Shown here piece by piece: positions 28,475 through 37,646 of a stretch of DNA of 64,000 nucleotides. The position numbers and the translations under genes were made by a program. Below the pieces are notes generated by a model. It saw only the letters and a program-made list of their open reading frames with translations. It did no database searches and was not told the origin of the DNA. Numbering within the stretch: position 1 is the stretch's first letter; each line of letters opens with the position of its first letter. The stretch comes from Vulcanimicrobiota bacterium (GTDB taxonomy: Bacteria > Vulcanimicrobiota > Vulcanimicrobiia > Vulcanimicrobiales > Vulcanimicrobiaceae), in assembly GCA_963733295.1 (NCBI GenBank), contig CAVTCS010000003.1, positions 1,888,001 through 1,952,000 of the forward strand, read 5' to 3'.

Positions 28475-29110
28475 ATGGCCGAAAGCGAAGACCGGGAATA
28501 CCTCGCGCGACTCCATCGAGGCCTTCCCCCACTCTTGCTCGAGCTCGAGCAGCTGGGGACCTCGGACGAAATACCCATCGTCTCGCGGGATACCGGCCGC
28601 CTTCTGTCCGTCTTGGTCCACGCGATGCAAGCCAATCGCATCCTCGAAATCGGCACCGCGTACGGCTACTCGACCCTTTGGATGGCCCTGGCGCTGCCCC
28701 CGGCAGGCAAGCTCTGGACGATCGATCCGAACCGGGAACGGACCGCTATCGCGATGGATTTCCTCAACCGTGCGGGCAAGGGCGACGCCGTGCAGGTCAT
28801 CAACCAGCCGGCGCTCGAGGTCCTACCGAGCTTTCCGCAGCACAACCTCGACATCGTGTTCATCGACGCCCTCAAACACGAGTACAAGCAGTATCTCGAC
28901 CAGTGCATTCCGCTCATGAAGCGTTCGGGTCTCGTGATCGTCGACAACCTGCTGTGGAGCGGCCGTTCGGCGGCAAAGGAATCGCCGGGCGACTCGATCG
29001 ACACGAAAGCGATCCGCGAATTCAATACGTACTTCCTGAACCATCCGCAGCTCGACGCGACGATCGTCGCAGTCGGCGACGGAACGGGAATCGGAGCGCG
29101 TATCGAGTGA
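28475..29110 (+). CDS. O-methyltransferase (Methyltransf_3 family)
   Basis: ILEIGTAYGYSTLWMA, DIVFIDALK, IVDNLLWSG, VGDG. Confidence 0.9.
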   Translation: MAESEDREYLARLHRGLPPLLLELEQLGTSDEIPIVSRDTGRLLSVLVHAMQANRILEIGTAYGYSTLWMALALPPAGKLWTIDPNRERTAIAMDFLNRAGKGDAVQVINQPALEVLPSFPQHNLDIVFIDALKHEYKQYLDQCIPLMKRSGLVIVDNLLWSGRSAAKESPGDSIDTKAIREFNTYFLNHPQLDATIVAVGDGTGIGARIE

Positions 29111-29586
29111 CGCCGGAAGATTTCCGGCAGGCGTTGCGCCGCTTCCCGACGGGCGTTACGATCGTGACGACGATCCTAGATGGAAAACCGAAGGGTTTTA
29201 CCGCGAACGCGTTCGCGAGCGTCTCGCTCGAGCCGCCGATGGTGCTGATCTGCGTGAACCGTCAAGCTCGCAGTCATCCGATCATCGCGGCCGCGGGACA
29301 CTTCTGCGTGAACGTCCTTGCCCTCGAGCAGGCGGAGCTGGCGCGCCGCTTCGCGCTGAAGGGCGCGCCGGACCCGTTCGCCGAGATCAAATACCACATC
29401 GACGGGACGGGCTCGCCCGTACTCGACGGCTCGCTCGCATATCTCGACTGCACGCTGGCCGAAGAACACAGCGTCGGCACGCACACGGTCTTCATCGGCG
29501 AAGTCGTCGCGACCGGCGCGAGCGACGGCGCGCCGCTCGGCTACTTCAATAAAGACTATCGAGATTTCGGATGCCGGATTCCATAG
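29107..29586 (+). CDS. Flavin reductase family protein
   Basis: FRQALRRFPTGVTIVT, GFTANAFASVSLEPP, GTHTVFIGEV; GTGA overlap. Confidence 0.9.
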   Translation: MTPEDFRQALRRFPTGVTIVTTILDGKPKGFTANAFASVSLEPPMVLICVNRQARSHPIIAAAGHFCVNVLALEQAELARRFALKGAPDPFAEIKYHIDGTGSPVLDGSLAYLDCTLAEEHSVGTHTVFIGEVVATGASDGAPLGYFNKDYRDFGCRIP

Positions 29587-30233
29587 TCATCGAACACCTC
29601 ACGGTCGGCGAACTCGCGTGCACCTGCACGATCGTCGCCGATCCCGCGAGCGGCGAAGCGATCGTGGTCGACGGGGGCGCCGAACCCGAACGCATCGCAG
29701 CGCGGCTGGATGCTCTCGGCGTACGCGCTACGCACCTCGTGCACACACACGCGCACGTGGATCACATCGGCGCACTCGGCGAGTTGCACGAGCGCACCGG
29801 CGCGCCGGGCATGCTCCATCCGGCCGATTTGCCGCTCTACGCGACGCTACGCGAGCAGGCGCGATGGCTGGGCTACCCCGAGCCGCAGCTCCTCAAGTTG
29901 GACGGCGAGCTGCTCGAAGGGGACCGGCTGAACGCCGGGTCCGCGACGCTCGACGTGTTGCACACGCCCGGACACACGCACGGGAGCGTTTCGTTCGCGC
30001 TGACGTACGGCGATGCGAAGAAGATGCTGCTGACCGGCGACACGCTCTTTCGCGGCGGGGTCGGACGGACCGACCTCGGGGGCTCGACGCTTGAAGATTT
30101 AGTTGCGAGCATTCGCGGCCGGCTCTTCGTCTATCCCGACGAAACGCCCGTCATCCCCGGCCATGGGGCCGCCACGACCATCGGCATCGAGCGCGCGACA
30201 AACCCGTTTCTCGCGAGCCGTCCAGCTCGCTGA
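29571..30233 (+). CDS. MBL-fold metallo-hydrolase (GloC/YcbL-like)
   Basis: THAHVDHIG, HTPGHT, TGDTLF, PGHG, E...NPF. Confidence 0.9.
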   Translation: MPDSIVIEHLTVGELACTCTIVADPASGEAIVVDGGAEPERIAARLDALGVRATHLVHTHAHVDHIGALGELHERTGAPGMLHPADLPLYATLREQARWLGYPEPQLLKLDGELLEGDRLNAGSATLDVLHTPGHTHGSVSFALTYGDAKKMLLTGDTLFRGGVGRTDLGGSTLEDLVASIRGRLFVYPDETPVIPGHGAATTIGIERATNPFLASRPAR

Positions 30234-30290
30234 CGATCATCTTGTCGCCGGGCTGGTCATGCGAACTTGACGCGCGAGCGGCGTCTCCAT

Positions 30291-31373
30291 CTATGATTGC
30301 GCGCTCCTTGCGAATCGAATGCTGGCGGCGGTAAGTACGGCGGTCGCAAGCACCATCATCGCTGCCACGCTTGGCCAGAGTTCGGCGATGCCGGCCCCGC
30401 GTAGAATGATACCTCGGAGAATCTCTAGGAAATAGGTGAGCGGAATAACGTAGCCCAGCCACTGCATGATCGGCGGCATGAGCGAACGCTCGAAGAAAAA
30501 ACCGGATAACAGAATCGACGGAAGCGTGAGCGCAAAGACGCCGAGCATCGCCTGCACTTGCGTCTTTGCCGCGCTCGAGACCAGCAAACCTAACCCTAGC
30601 GCGGCCAGCAAGAAGCCGGCGGCAAGGATCAAGAGAAGCGGCACGCTGCCCGCGATCGGCACGTGGAATGCCCATTGCATCGCAGCGAGAACCAGCAGGA
30701 AGTCGAGGAAGCCGATTACCGCATAAGGGGTGATCTTTCCCAGCATCAGCCCCAGCGCCCCGATCGGCGTAACCAAGAGTTGATCGAGCGTTCCACGTTC
30801 GCGTTCGCCGACGATCGAAAGCGATGTTAAGAACATCGTGATGAGCTGCATAATCACGCCGATGAGCCCGGGTACGAGAAAGTTCGCGCTGCGCAGTCCG
30901 GGATTGAACAACACGCGCGTTCGTACGTCTAAAAGCGACGGAGGCGCACCGTTGAAAGCGATTCCGATGGCCGTCGCCGCCGAATACGCCGGCTGGGCAA
31001 TCGTCGAATCGGAGCCGTCGACGAGTACCTCGACCGCCGCCGGATGCCCGGCTGCCAGATCTGCGGTGAAGTTGGGCGGAATGTCGAAGCCCACGCGCGA
31101 GGTTCCCGCGACGATCAGACGATTGAGTTCCTCACGCGATCCAACGACCTTTTCGAGGTCAAACATATTCGACGAGCGCAGCGCGTCGATAAATTCGATC
31201 GAACGTATGCCATGGTCTTCGTTCAGAACTGCGGATTGCACGTGTTCCGCTTTGGTATTGATCGCATTATAGAGCTGCGACCGAGACTGCGAACACGCTG
31301 CGAGTACGAACGCTGAGACGGCAGCGAGAGCTGCTGCGGCCGCTCTGGAGATTCCAGCGACGCCCGACCTCAA
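30291..31373 (-). CDS. ABC-2 type permease (YbhS-like) with atypical lipoprotein-like N-terminus
   Basis: AINT..., IPPNF, LVDGSD, FLVPGL, ERERGTLDQLLVTP, LLSGF, PLTYF. Confidence 0.8.
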   Translation of the reverse strand: MRSGVAGISRAAAAALAAVSAFVLAACSQSRSQLYNAINTKAEHVQSAVLNEDHGIRSIEFIDALRSSNMFDLEKVVGSREELNRLIVAGTSRVGFDIPPNFTADLAAGHPAAVEVLVDGSDSTIAQPAYSAATAIGIAFNGAPPSLLDVRTRVLFNPGLRSANFLVPGLIGVIMQLITMFLTSLSIVGERERGTLDQLLVTPIGALGLMLGKITPYAVIGFLDFLLVLAAMQWAFHVPIAGSVPLLLILAAGFLLAALGLGLLVSSAAKTQVQAMLGVFALTLPSILLSGFFFERSLMPPIMQWLGYVIPLTYFLEILRGIILRGAGIAELWPSVAAMMVLATAVLTAASIRFARSAQS

Positions 31374-31391
31374 AAAACGTTCACCGAAACG

Positions 31392-31913
31392 TCAGCCTTG
31401 GGTCTGCGCGGCCCAACGAGCTTCGAGTTCGTGGGCGAGGCGGTCGACGACGTCGGTTGCGGTCGCGCGTGCGAGCCGATGGCCCACGAGGCGATCGAAA
31501 ATCGTACCGAGTCTTCCGAACGGTGGTACGTACTCGCCGTCCATGATCACGCGAGTTTTCAAGGACTCGATTCGAAAACGAAAGACCCCGTGAAAATCGG
31601 GCAACCACCTCGACTGCGCGTTCCATTCGAAGTCAATCTCGTCGTGCAGCCGTCCGCTCTCGGTCGAATCCTCTTGTCGGTGAAAGCTCGTCTTCACACG
31701 ACGCCTCAGCGCGCCGGAAACCGGCAAATCAAGCTCGCGGAATGGAATTCGCACGCCGGCGACCGGCGATTCCAATATCGGAAAAATCAGAGCCGCCGAG
31801 TCGAGCGCGAACGAGAACGGACAGTCGACGACGCGCTCGACGCTTACCGTCGATGTCCGCGCGCCCGAGTGTGGCGTCGGAGCCGCGGCGTGCTGATCTC
31901 GGTTTTTAGTCAA
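31392..31913 (-). CDS. Hypothetical protein, possible SRPBCC-like helix-grip fold
   Basis: GGAG/GGGGA RBS before TTG; C-terminal G.Y.PPFG..G..FD..VG..LA.AT helix. Confidence 0.6.
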   Translation of the reverse strand: MTKNRDQHAAAPTPHSGARTSTVSVERVVDCPFSFALDSAALIFPILESPVAGVRIPFRELDLPVSGALRRRVKTSFHRQEDSTESGRLHDEIDFEWNAQSRWLPDFHGVFRFRIESLKTRVIMDGEYVPPFGRLGTIFDRLVGHRLARATATDVVDRLAHELEARWAAQTQG

Positions 31914-32163
31914 TCCCCGTCTCCAGTCTCCAAACCTCGAATAGTCCCGTGGCGGGTTCTCCGGTCAACCCGAGTTCGGAACCCCGCGAGGCACGCACTG
32001 GATGGAATTCTGGAGATCTCTGAGGAAAGCTTTATTATGGGGCTTTATATTCGAGTTGCAGCTTTCGTCGCAATTGCCGCGCAGGTGTACGAGCCGCAAG
32101 GTGCTGGGCGAGACCGAATAGGATGAGGTTGAGCTAAACGAAGAAAGTAGCCCTGGCTGACAT

Positions 32164-32574
32164 ATGATCGTCGACGTTATTTCTGACGCTGAGCTAGGCC
32201 GTATCTTACGCGTCTACGGAGACCAGCCGCAACGCGCGGCGAACGCGATGATTGAGCTGATTGCGCAGCTGGAGAGCGGCGAGCGATTCGACCTTCTGTC
32301 TTTGAAGGAGCTAGAGCCAAGTAACGTCGACTCGGTGAGAATGGCGGACGTTTCGAACGATGTCGGATTGACGTCTTTGGACGAGAAGAATTATTCTTGG
32401 GAACTCAGCACCGAATCGTGGACGACAGTGCGGGGGCTGCTTGTGCCCTTTACATCCTATCTCGCTCCCGCGGGATCGCGCTGGCTTGGAGGCCCGCAAG
32501 CGTCCATACCTGGCTACGGGATGGGACGGGGCCTAAACGTTCTCTTTAGCTCTTCAAAGGCAAACGGTTGGTAG
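32164..32574 (+). CDS. Hypothetical protein (136 aa)
   Basis: Globular-looking acidic ORF in a visibly more AT-rich segment. Confidence 0.55.
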   Translation: MIVDVISDAELGRILRVYGDQPQRAANAMIELIAQLESGERFDLLSLKELEPSNVDSVRMADVSNDVGLTSLDEKNYSWELSTESWTTVRGLLVPFTSYLAPAGSRWLGGPQASIPGYGMGRGLNVLFSSSKANGW

Positions 32575-32644
32575 GAAGGTCACAATTGCGCCGTTGACCT
32601 GTCAGATTGCTTGGTAGGGACCCAAGACTGGGTATACGATCGGG

Positions 32645-32992
32645 ATGATGAGCCTAAGCGAAATTCGCCCGCTCCAGATCGTCTGTACGGTGGCGCTAGT
32701 GGGACTCTCGGTGCTTCCCGCCGGCGCGCAGACTACGGTCGGCAAGGTCGAGGGTAAGCCTCAGGTTCACCGCGAGAGAGTTGAGGGACACCGATACGGC
32801 TCTCACGTCGGCTCCATCCACATTTTTGTCCCGTCGACCTACGCGGGCGTCAGCTCTTTTCGCGTGCGCATGCCATGGGGCGGCCACGTGATCGTACCGG
32901 GCGTGCACGTCCGCTCGCCGCGGGTTTCGGTTTCGTCGCCGCGGGTTGCTGTCTCGGCACCGCGCTCCGGCCCCCGCAAACGGGCAGAGTAA
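32645..32992 (+). CDS. Hypothetical secreted protein
   Basis: Signal peptide (…LPAGA|Q); Val/Pro/Arg/His-rich repeats. Confidence 0.5.
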   Translation: MMSLSEIRPLQIVCTVALVGLSVLPAGAQTTVGKVEGKPQVHRERVEGHRYGSHVGSIHIFVPSTYAGVSSFRVRMPWGGHVIVPGVHVRSPRVSVSSPRVAVSAPRSGPRKRAE

Positions 32993-33520
32993 TTAGCGAA
33001 GCTTGATCAGGAGTTTGCCGTCGTCGGCGGCGAGCGAAGGTTCGTTCTGCTCGTCCTGCGACGTCTTGCCGTTTCCGGGAAGCGTTGCGGCTCGTTGGCC
33101 GGCGAGTTCGGCGCGCGCGTCTTCGAGCATGCGATCGGTGATCGCACCGCTCGCGCGTTTCGCGCGGAAGTCGTCGATCGCAGCGCGCAGCGCGGCGAGC
33201 GAACGCTCGGGATAATCTTTCTTCTTCTCGGGATACCCGTCGAGCTCGGCCTCGATGTCGGCTTCGCTGATCGCGTAGGCCTGATCGAGCGTTTTGCCCT
33301 GCGCGAGGTTGACGAGCAGGCTACACGTCGCGGTGCCGAAGCCGCAGCCGGTCGTGAAATACGAGACGTCCTCGATCACGTCGCCCGGGCCGACCTTCAG
33401 ATAATAGGTGTACATGTCGCCACACGAGTCGCTGAAGTACTCGCCGCTGGCCATCGGGCTTTCCATCGTGCGGAACCCGGTTCGCTTTTCGACCAGCTCC
33501 TGAAACTTCGCAAAATTCAC
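32993..33520 (-). CDS. Divergent NifU_N/IscU-type Fe-S scaffold
   Basis: SCGD, FTTGCGFG.ATCS, GKTLDQA; third canonical Cys absent. Confidence 0.75.
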   Translation of the reverse strand: MNFAKFQELVEKRTGFRTMESPMASGEYFSDSCGDMYTYYLKVGPGDVIEDVSYFTTGCGFGTATCSLLVNLAQGKTLDQAYAISEADIEAELDGYPEKKKDYPERSLAALRAAIDDFRAKRASGAITDRMLEDARAELAGQRAATLPGNGKTSQDEQNEPSLAADDGKLLIKLR

Positions 33521-33538
33521 GCGTGGGCGATCCTCTCG

Positions 33539-34171
33539 TTAGCTTGCTTTGATCTCAAACCGGCAAGCTGAACCCCCGGTTGCGATCGACTCGACTTGTT
33601 TGCTCGAACCGGAGACCGTTTCATGCAGGACGGTGTGAATGATCGAGCAGAGTTCGGGATGCTCGCCAACCGACTGCGCATACGGACAATTGTGCTCGCG
33701 CAGCTCGATCGTTCCGTCGGCACGCTGCACCACGTCGGTAACGACGCCGTTGTCGCGGAGCGCCACGGCCAGTTCTTCGACCCGGCCTTTGACGTCGGTC
33801 GCTCCGATGCGCTCGCGCAACTTCGTCGCAGCGCGCTTGGCCAGCTTGCCCATCACGGTGTCGAGCGCCCCCTCGCCGAGCGACGACTTGACCTCGCGCA
33901 AGACCGCGGTCAACATGCGGTCGTACTGCTGCGGGAAGAGCGTCTCGGCGCTGGAGGTCAGGGAATATTCGAGAGTAGGCTTGGTCGGTCCACGCCGGAC
34001 CGAACGTTCGGCGACGTAGCCGTCGCGTTCGAGCGTCAGCAACTGCTGGCGCACCGCGTTCGTGGAAAGGCCGAACTCGCCGGCCAAATCGACAGCCGAA
34101 GCCGCGTGCCGCCGCCGCAGCGCGGACACGATCTTGCCGCGGGTCGATTGGAAGAAGCGTGCGTCCTGCAT
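33539..34171 (-). CDS. SufR-like HTH regulator
   Basis: TR.KI, AVRQQL..LERDG HTH; HNCP..., LC, ACRF cysteines; divergent from sufC. Confidence 0.75.
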   Translation of the reverse strand: MQDARFFQSTRGKIVSALRRRHAASAVDLAGEFGLSTNAVRQQLLTLERDGYVAERSVRRGPTKPTLEYSLTSSAETLFPQQYDRMLTAVLREVKSSLGEGALDTVMGKLAKRAATKLRERIGATDVKGRVEELAVALRDNGVVTDVVQRADGTIELREHNCPYAQSVGEHPELCSIIHTVLHETVSGSSKQVESIATGGSACRFEIKAS

Positions 34172-34222
34172 GGTATCTCCTGGCGACTTTAGCACGAAAA
34201 GCGAAGATAGTCCATACTTTCC

Positions 34223-34251
34223 TTGACTTTCTAGGCTCGCGGGCCTACCAT
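34223..34251 (+). promoter_or_regulatory. sigma70-type promoter of the suf operon (near-leaderless)
   Basis: TTGACT-17-TACCAT ending 9 nt before sufC ATG; no SD. Confidence 0.65.
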
Positions 34252-34260
34252 AGACCGGGT

Positions 34261-35034
34261 ATGGCTGAGCAAGGTTTACGCGTCGAAGGACTGCACGCGA
34301 GCGTCGAAGGTAACGAGATCCTCAAGGGGATTAACCTGGCAGTCGCGCCGGGCAGCGTCCACGCTCTGATGGGTCCAAACGGAAGCGGAAAGTCGACCCT
34401 CGCGTTCTCCCTGGCCGGCCACCCGAGCTACCACGTGAACTCAGGTTCGGTGACGCTCGACGGTGACGACCTGCTCGGGCTTTCGCCCGACAAGCGCGCC
34501 AAACTTGGTCTTTTCCTTTCCTTTCAGTACCCGGCCGCGATTCCGGGAGTCTCGGTCGCCAACTTCATTCGCATCGCGCGCCAATCGCTGCACCCAGGCG
34601 ATCTTCCGCCGGCCAAATTTCGCAAGCTGATCTTCGAGCAGCTCGACGAGCTCGAAATGGATCCCGCGTTTCTCGGCCGCTACGTGAACGACGGCTTTTC
34701 CGGCGGCGAAAAGAAGCGCCTCGAGATGCTGCAGCTCGCGATGCTCGCGCCGAAGTATGCGGTCCTCGACGAAACCGACTCGGGCCTCGACGTCGACGCG
34801 CTCAAAGCCGTCGGCAATTGCGTCAACGCGCTGCGCGCGTCCGACTACGGAAACTCGATCGGGTTTCTCATCATCACGCACTACCCGCGCATCCTGCAAT
34901 ACATCACCGCAGATCACGTCCACATCATGTTGGATGGCCGGATCGTGAAGTCGGGCGGCCCTGAATTGGCCAACGTGATCGAGCGCGACGGCTACGATAA
35001 GGTCCGCGAAGAGGTCGCGGGTGGCGTCGCTTAG
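34261..35034 (+). CDS. sufC: Fe-S assembly ATPase SufC
   Basis: HALMGPNGSGKST, FQYP, VNDGFSGGEKKR, LDETDSGLDVDAL, ITHY. Confidence 0.95.
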   Translation: MAEQGLRVEGLHASVEGNEILKGINLAVAPGSVHALMGPNGSGKSTLAFSLAGHPSYHVNSGSVTLDGDDLLGLSPDKRAKLGLFLSFQYPAAIPGVSVANFIRIARQSLHPGDLPPAKFRKLIFEQLDELEMDPAFLGRYVNDGFSGGEKKRLEMLQLAMLAPKYAVLDETDSGLDVDALKAVGNCVNALRASDYGNSIGFLIITHYPRILQYITADHVHIMLDGRIVKSGGPELANVIERDGYDKVREEVAGGVA

Positions 35035-36226
35035 CCCCTGCAAGGTCCTCGGCGTTTCGAAAGGGAGCCTCGAGGCGCTGATCGAGCAGCGCAGTCAGGG
35101 CGCGTTTCCCGCTTCGATGCGGTACGATGCGCTCGCACGCTATGAGGAGTTGCCCGCGCGCAGCGCTTCGCGAGCCGGCCGCGGCTGGAAGCACGATCTC
35201 AACAAACTCGATCTCTCTTCGATCGTCCCGTTCGGATCCGACATCCTCCGCGAAGGCAGCTCCGCGAACGAACGCGCGCGAAGCCGCGGCGTTCGCATCG
35301 GGCGGATCGGCACGACCGCACCGGGCGCTCTCGGAACGGCCGTCGACACGCGCGACGACAAGTTCGCCTCGCTCGCGCTCGCGTTTTCCAACGGCGGGAT
35401 GTACGTCGAGGTCCCGGCGGGTTTGCAGCTCGACGAAGAGATCGAGATCGACTATCGCGCCGAAGATGCCGCCGCCTTTCCTTATACGCTCGTCGTCGTC
35501 GGAGAAGGCGCGCGCGCGACCGTCATAGAGCGGATGTCGGGCGACCAGTTCGTCTGCGGGATTACCGAGATCGTTCTCGGCGCGCGCTCGCAGCTCAACT
35601 TCGTGGCCGAGCAACGGCTTTCGCATCCGGCTCGCTGCATCATGACCCGCCGCGCACGGCTCGGCGCCGACTCCCATCTCGAGGCGGCATTGGCGGAACT
35701 CGGAGCAGAACTGTCCGTCTCGCGGTTCCGCAGCGTCGCGGACAAACGCGGCGCGCACTCCACGCTCACGGCGCTCTTCTTCGCTAACGGCGACCAGCAC
35801 GTCGATCTCGAGAGCGAGGTCGTCCACGCCGACGGCAACACGAAGTCCGAGACGATCGTGCGCAGCGCCGGAATCGGCCGCGGGCAAGGCCGGTATCTCG
35901 GAAACATTCGCATCGTAGCCCACGCGCACGGTTCCGACGCCTCGCTGCGCGACGACGCGTTGCTGCTCTCCGAAGGCGCGCACATCGACTCCGTTCCCGC
36001 ACTCGAGATCGCCGCCAACGACGTCAAGGCCTATCACGGCGCTACGGTCGGCGCGATTTCCGAAGACGAACTCTTTTACGCGGAGAGCCGCGGCATCGCG
36101 CGCCGGGAAGCGGAACGCATGATCGCACTCGGTTTCTTCGAGCCCGCGGTCGCGCGTTTCCCCGGCGAAGGACTGCGCGCCGGCATTCGCACGACGCTCG
36201 CGGCAAAGTTGGACGCGCCGGTATGA
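35021..36226 (+). CDS. sufD: Fe-S assembly protein SufD
   Basis: LLLSEGA.IDSVPALEI..NDVKAYHGATVG, ELFY..SRGI...A..MI..GF. Confidence 0.85.
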   Translation: MASLSPCKVLGVSKGSLEALIEQRSQGAFPASMRYDALARYEELPARSASRAGRGWKHDLNKLDLSSIVPFGSDILREGSSANERARSRGVRIGRIGTTAPGALGTAVDTRDDKFASLALAFSNGGMYVEVPAGLQLDEEIEIDYRAEDAAAFPYTLVVVGEGARATVIERMSGDQFVCGITEIVLGARSQLNFVAEQRLSHPARCIMTRRARLGADSHLEAALAELGAELSVSRFRSVADKRGAHSTLTALFFANGDQHVDLESEVVHADGNTKSETIVRSAGIGRGQGRYLGNIRIVAHAHGSDASLRDDALLLSEGAHIDSVPALEIAANDVKAYHGATVGAISEDELFYAESRGIARREAERMIALGFFEPAVARFPGEGLRAGIRTTLAAKLDAPV

Positions 36227-37473
36227 TCGCGACGACTCTCGACGAGCGCGCCGCTCAGCTGGCGCTCGACTTTCCACTCCTGGCCCAAAAGACGTCCCGC
36301 GGCAAGCGGCTCGTTTATCTCGACTCGGCGGCGACGTCGCAAAAACCGCTTGCCGTCATCGACGCGCTGACGCACTACTACACGCACGACAACGCGAACA
36401 TCCATCGTGGCGTCTACGAGCTCGCGCAGCGCGCCACCGACGAATTCGAAGGCGCGCGCGCGAAGGTCGCGGGCTTCATCAACGCCGCCGAACCCGCCGA
36501 GGTCATCTTCACCCGCAACACGACCGAGAGCATCAATCTCGTTTCGTTCAGCTGGGGGCTCGAGAACCTCAAGCCGGGCGACGCGATCCTCACCTCGCAG
36601 CTCGAGCACCACTCGAACCTCGTGCCCTGGCAATTGCTTGCCGCGAAGACCGGAGCGGAGCTCCGCTTCATCGAGGTCGACGACGAAGGTCTGCACCGTC
36701 TCGACGACCTCGACCGCAAGCTCGAAGGAACCAAGCTCGTCGCGCTCTCGCACGTTTCGAATACGCTCGGGACGGTCGCGCCGCTGAACGTCATCGTGCC
36801 TCGCGCACACGCCGCAGGCGCGCTCGTGCTGCTCGATGCAGCGCAGTCGGTTCCACACTTTCCGGTCGACGTGCGCGCGCTCGACGTCGACTTTCTCGCG
36901 GCGAGCGGTCACAAGATGTGCGGCCCCACCGGCATCGGCTTCCTCTACGGCAAACGCGCGCTGCTCGAAAAGATGCCGCCCTTCCTGACCGGCGGCGACA
37001 TGATTCGCGAAGTCGGCTACGAGCGAACGACCTTCAACGAACTTCCCTGGAAGTTCGAGGCCGGCACGAGCAACGTCGCCGACGCGATCGCACTCGGAAC
37101 CGCGGTCGACTATTTAAAAGCCGTCGGCATGGACTGGGTCCACCAGCACGACACCGAGCTGACCGCTTACGCGCTCGGCCGCCTAGCCGCTCTCGAGCCA
37201 CGTGGCCTTCGCATTTACGGCCCGCAGCGGATCGAGGATCGTTCGGGGGTCATCTCGTTCAACTACGGCGACGTCCACGCTCACGATCTCGCGTCGATCC
37301 TCGACACGCAGGGCGTCTGCATCCGCGCCGGCCACCACTGTACGATGCCGCTCATGCGAAAGATGGGCTGGCCCGCAACCGCCCGAGCCTCCTTCTACCT
37401 CTACAACACCGAACAAGACGTCGAACAACTCATGCAAGCCCTAGATTCCGCCGCCAAAATCTTCAAACTATGA
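36223..37473 (+). CDS. sufS: Cysteine desulfurase SufS
   Basis: YLDSAATSQKP, NIHRG, EHHSN, SGHKMCGP, EAGT, RAGHHC. Confidence 0.95.
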   Translation: MIATTLDERAAQLALDFPLLAQKTSRGKRLVYLDSAATSQKPLAVIDALTHYYTHDNANIHRGVYELAQRATDEFEGARAKVAGFINAAEPAEVIFTRNTTESINLVSFSWGLENLKPGDAILTSQLEHHSNLVPWQLLAAKTGAELRFIEVDDEGLHRLDDLDRKLEGTKLVALSHVSNTLGTVAPLNVIVPRAHAAGALVLLDAAQSVPHFPVDVRALDVDFLAASGHKMCGPTGIGFLYGKRALLEKMPPFLTGGDMIREVGYERTTFNELPWKFEAGTSNVADAIALGTAVDYLKAVGMDWVHQHDTELTAYALGRLAALEPRGLRIYGPQRIEDRSGVISFNYGDVHAHDLASILDTQGVCIRAGHHCTMPLMRKMGWPATARASFYLYNTEQDVEQLMQALDSAAKIFKL

Positions 37474-37492
37474 GCCGAAACCTCGGGTCACA

Positions 37493-37579
37493 CAGCACCA
37501 CAATCTTTGCGCGCAGCGGGTCGGTGACCCTCAGCACGACCATCTTTGCGCGCAGCGGGTCGGTGACCCGCAGCGCAAA
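37493..37579. repeat. 39-bp tandem repeat (two units plus partial) with internal hairpin
   Basis: CAGCAC.AC.ATCTTTGCGCGCAGCGGGTCGGTGACCC at 37493 and 37532; partial at 37571. Confidence 0.85.
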
Positions 37580-37600
37580 CGGCGCTAACGCCAATGGACA

Positions 37601-37641
37601 GGTGCGGGAGTCCGCACCGGGGGTTTGGGGGTTCACCCCCA
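37601..37641. repeat. Paired hairpins, REP-like element
   Basis: GGTGCGG-GAGT-CCGCACC followed by TGGGGG-TTCA-CCCCCA. Confidence 0.5.
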
Positions 37642-37646
37642 TATAA

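Noticed and set aside
28393..29106. Extended flavin reductase (397 aa)
   Set aside because: Overlaps the O-methyltransferase in another frame; homology starts at GTG 29107
37493..37579. Possible CRISPR array
   Set aside because: Units abut with no unique spacers, only about two copies, and no cas genes
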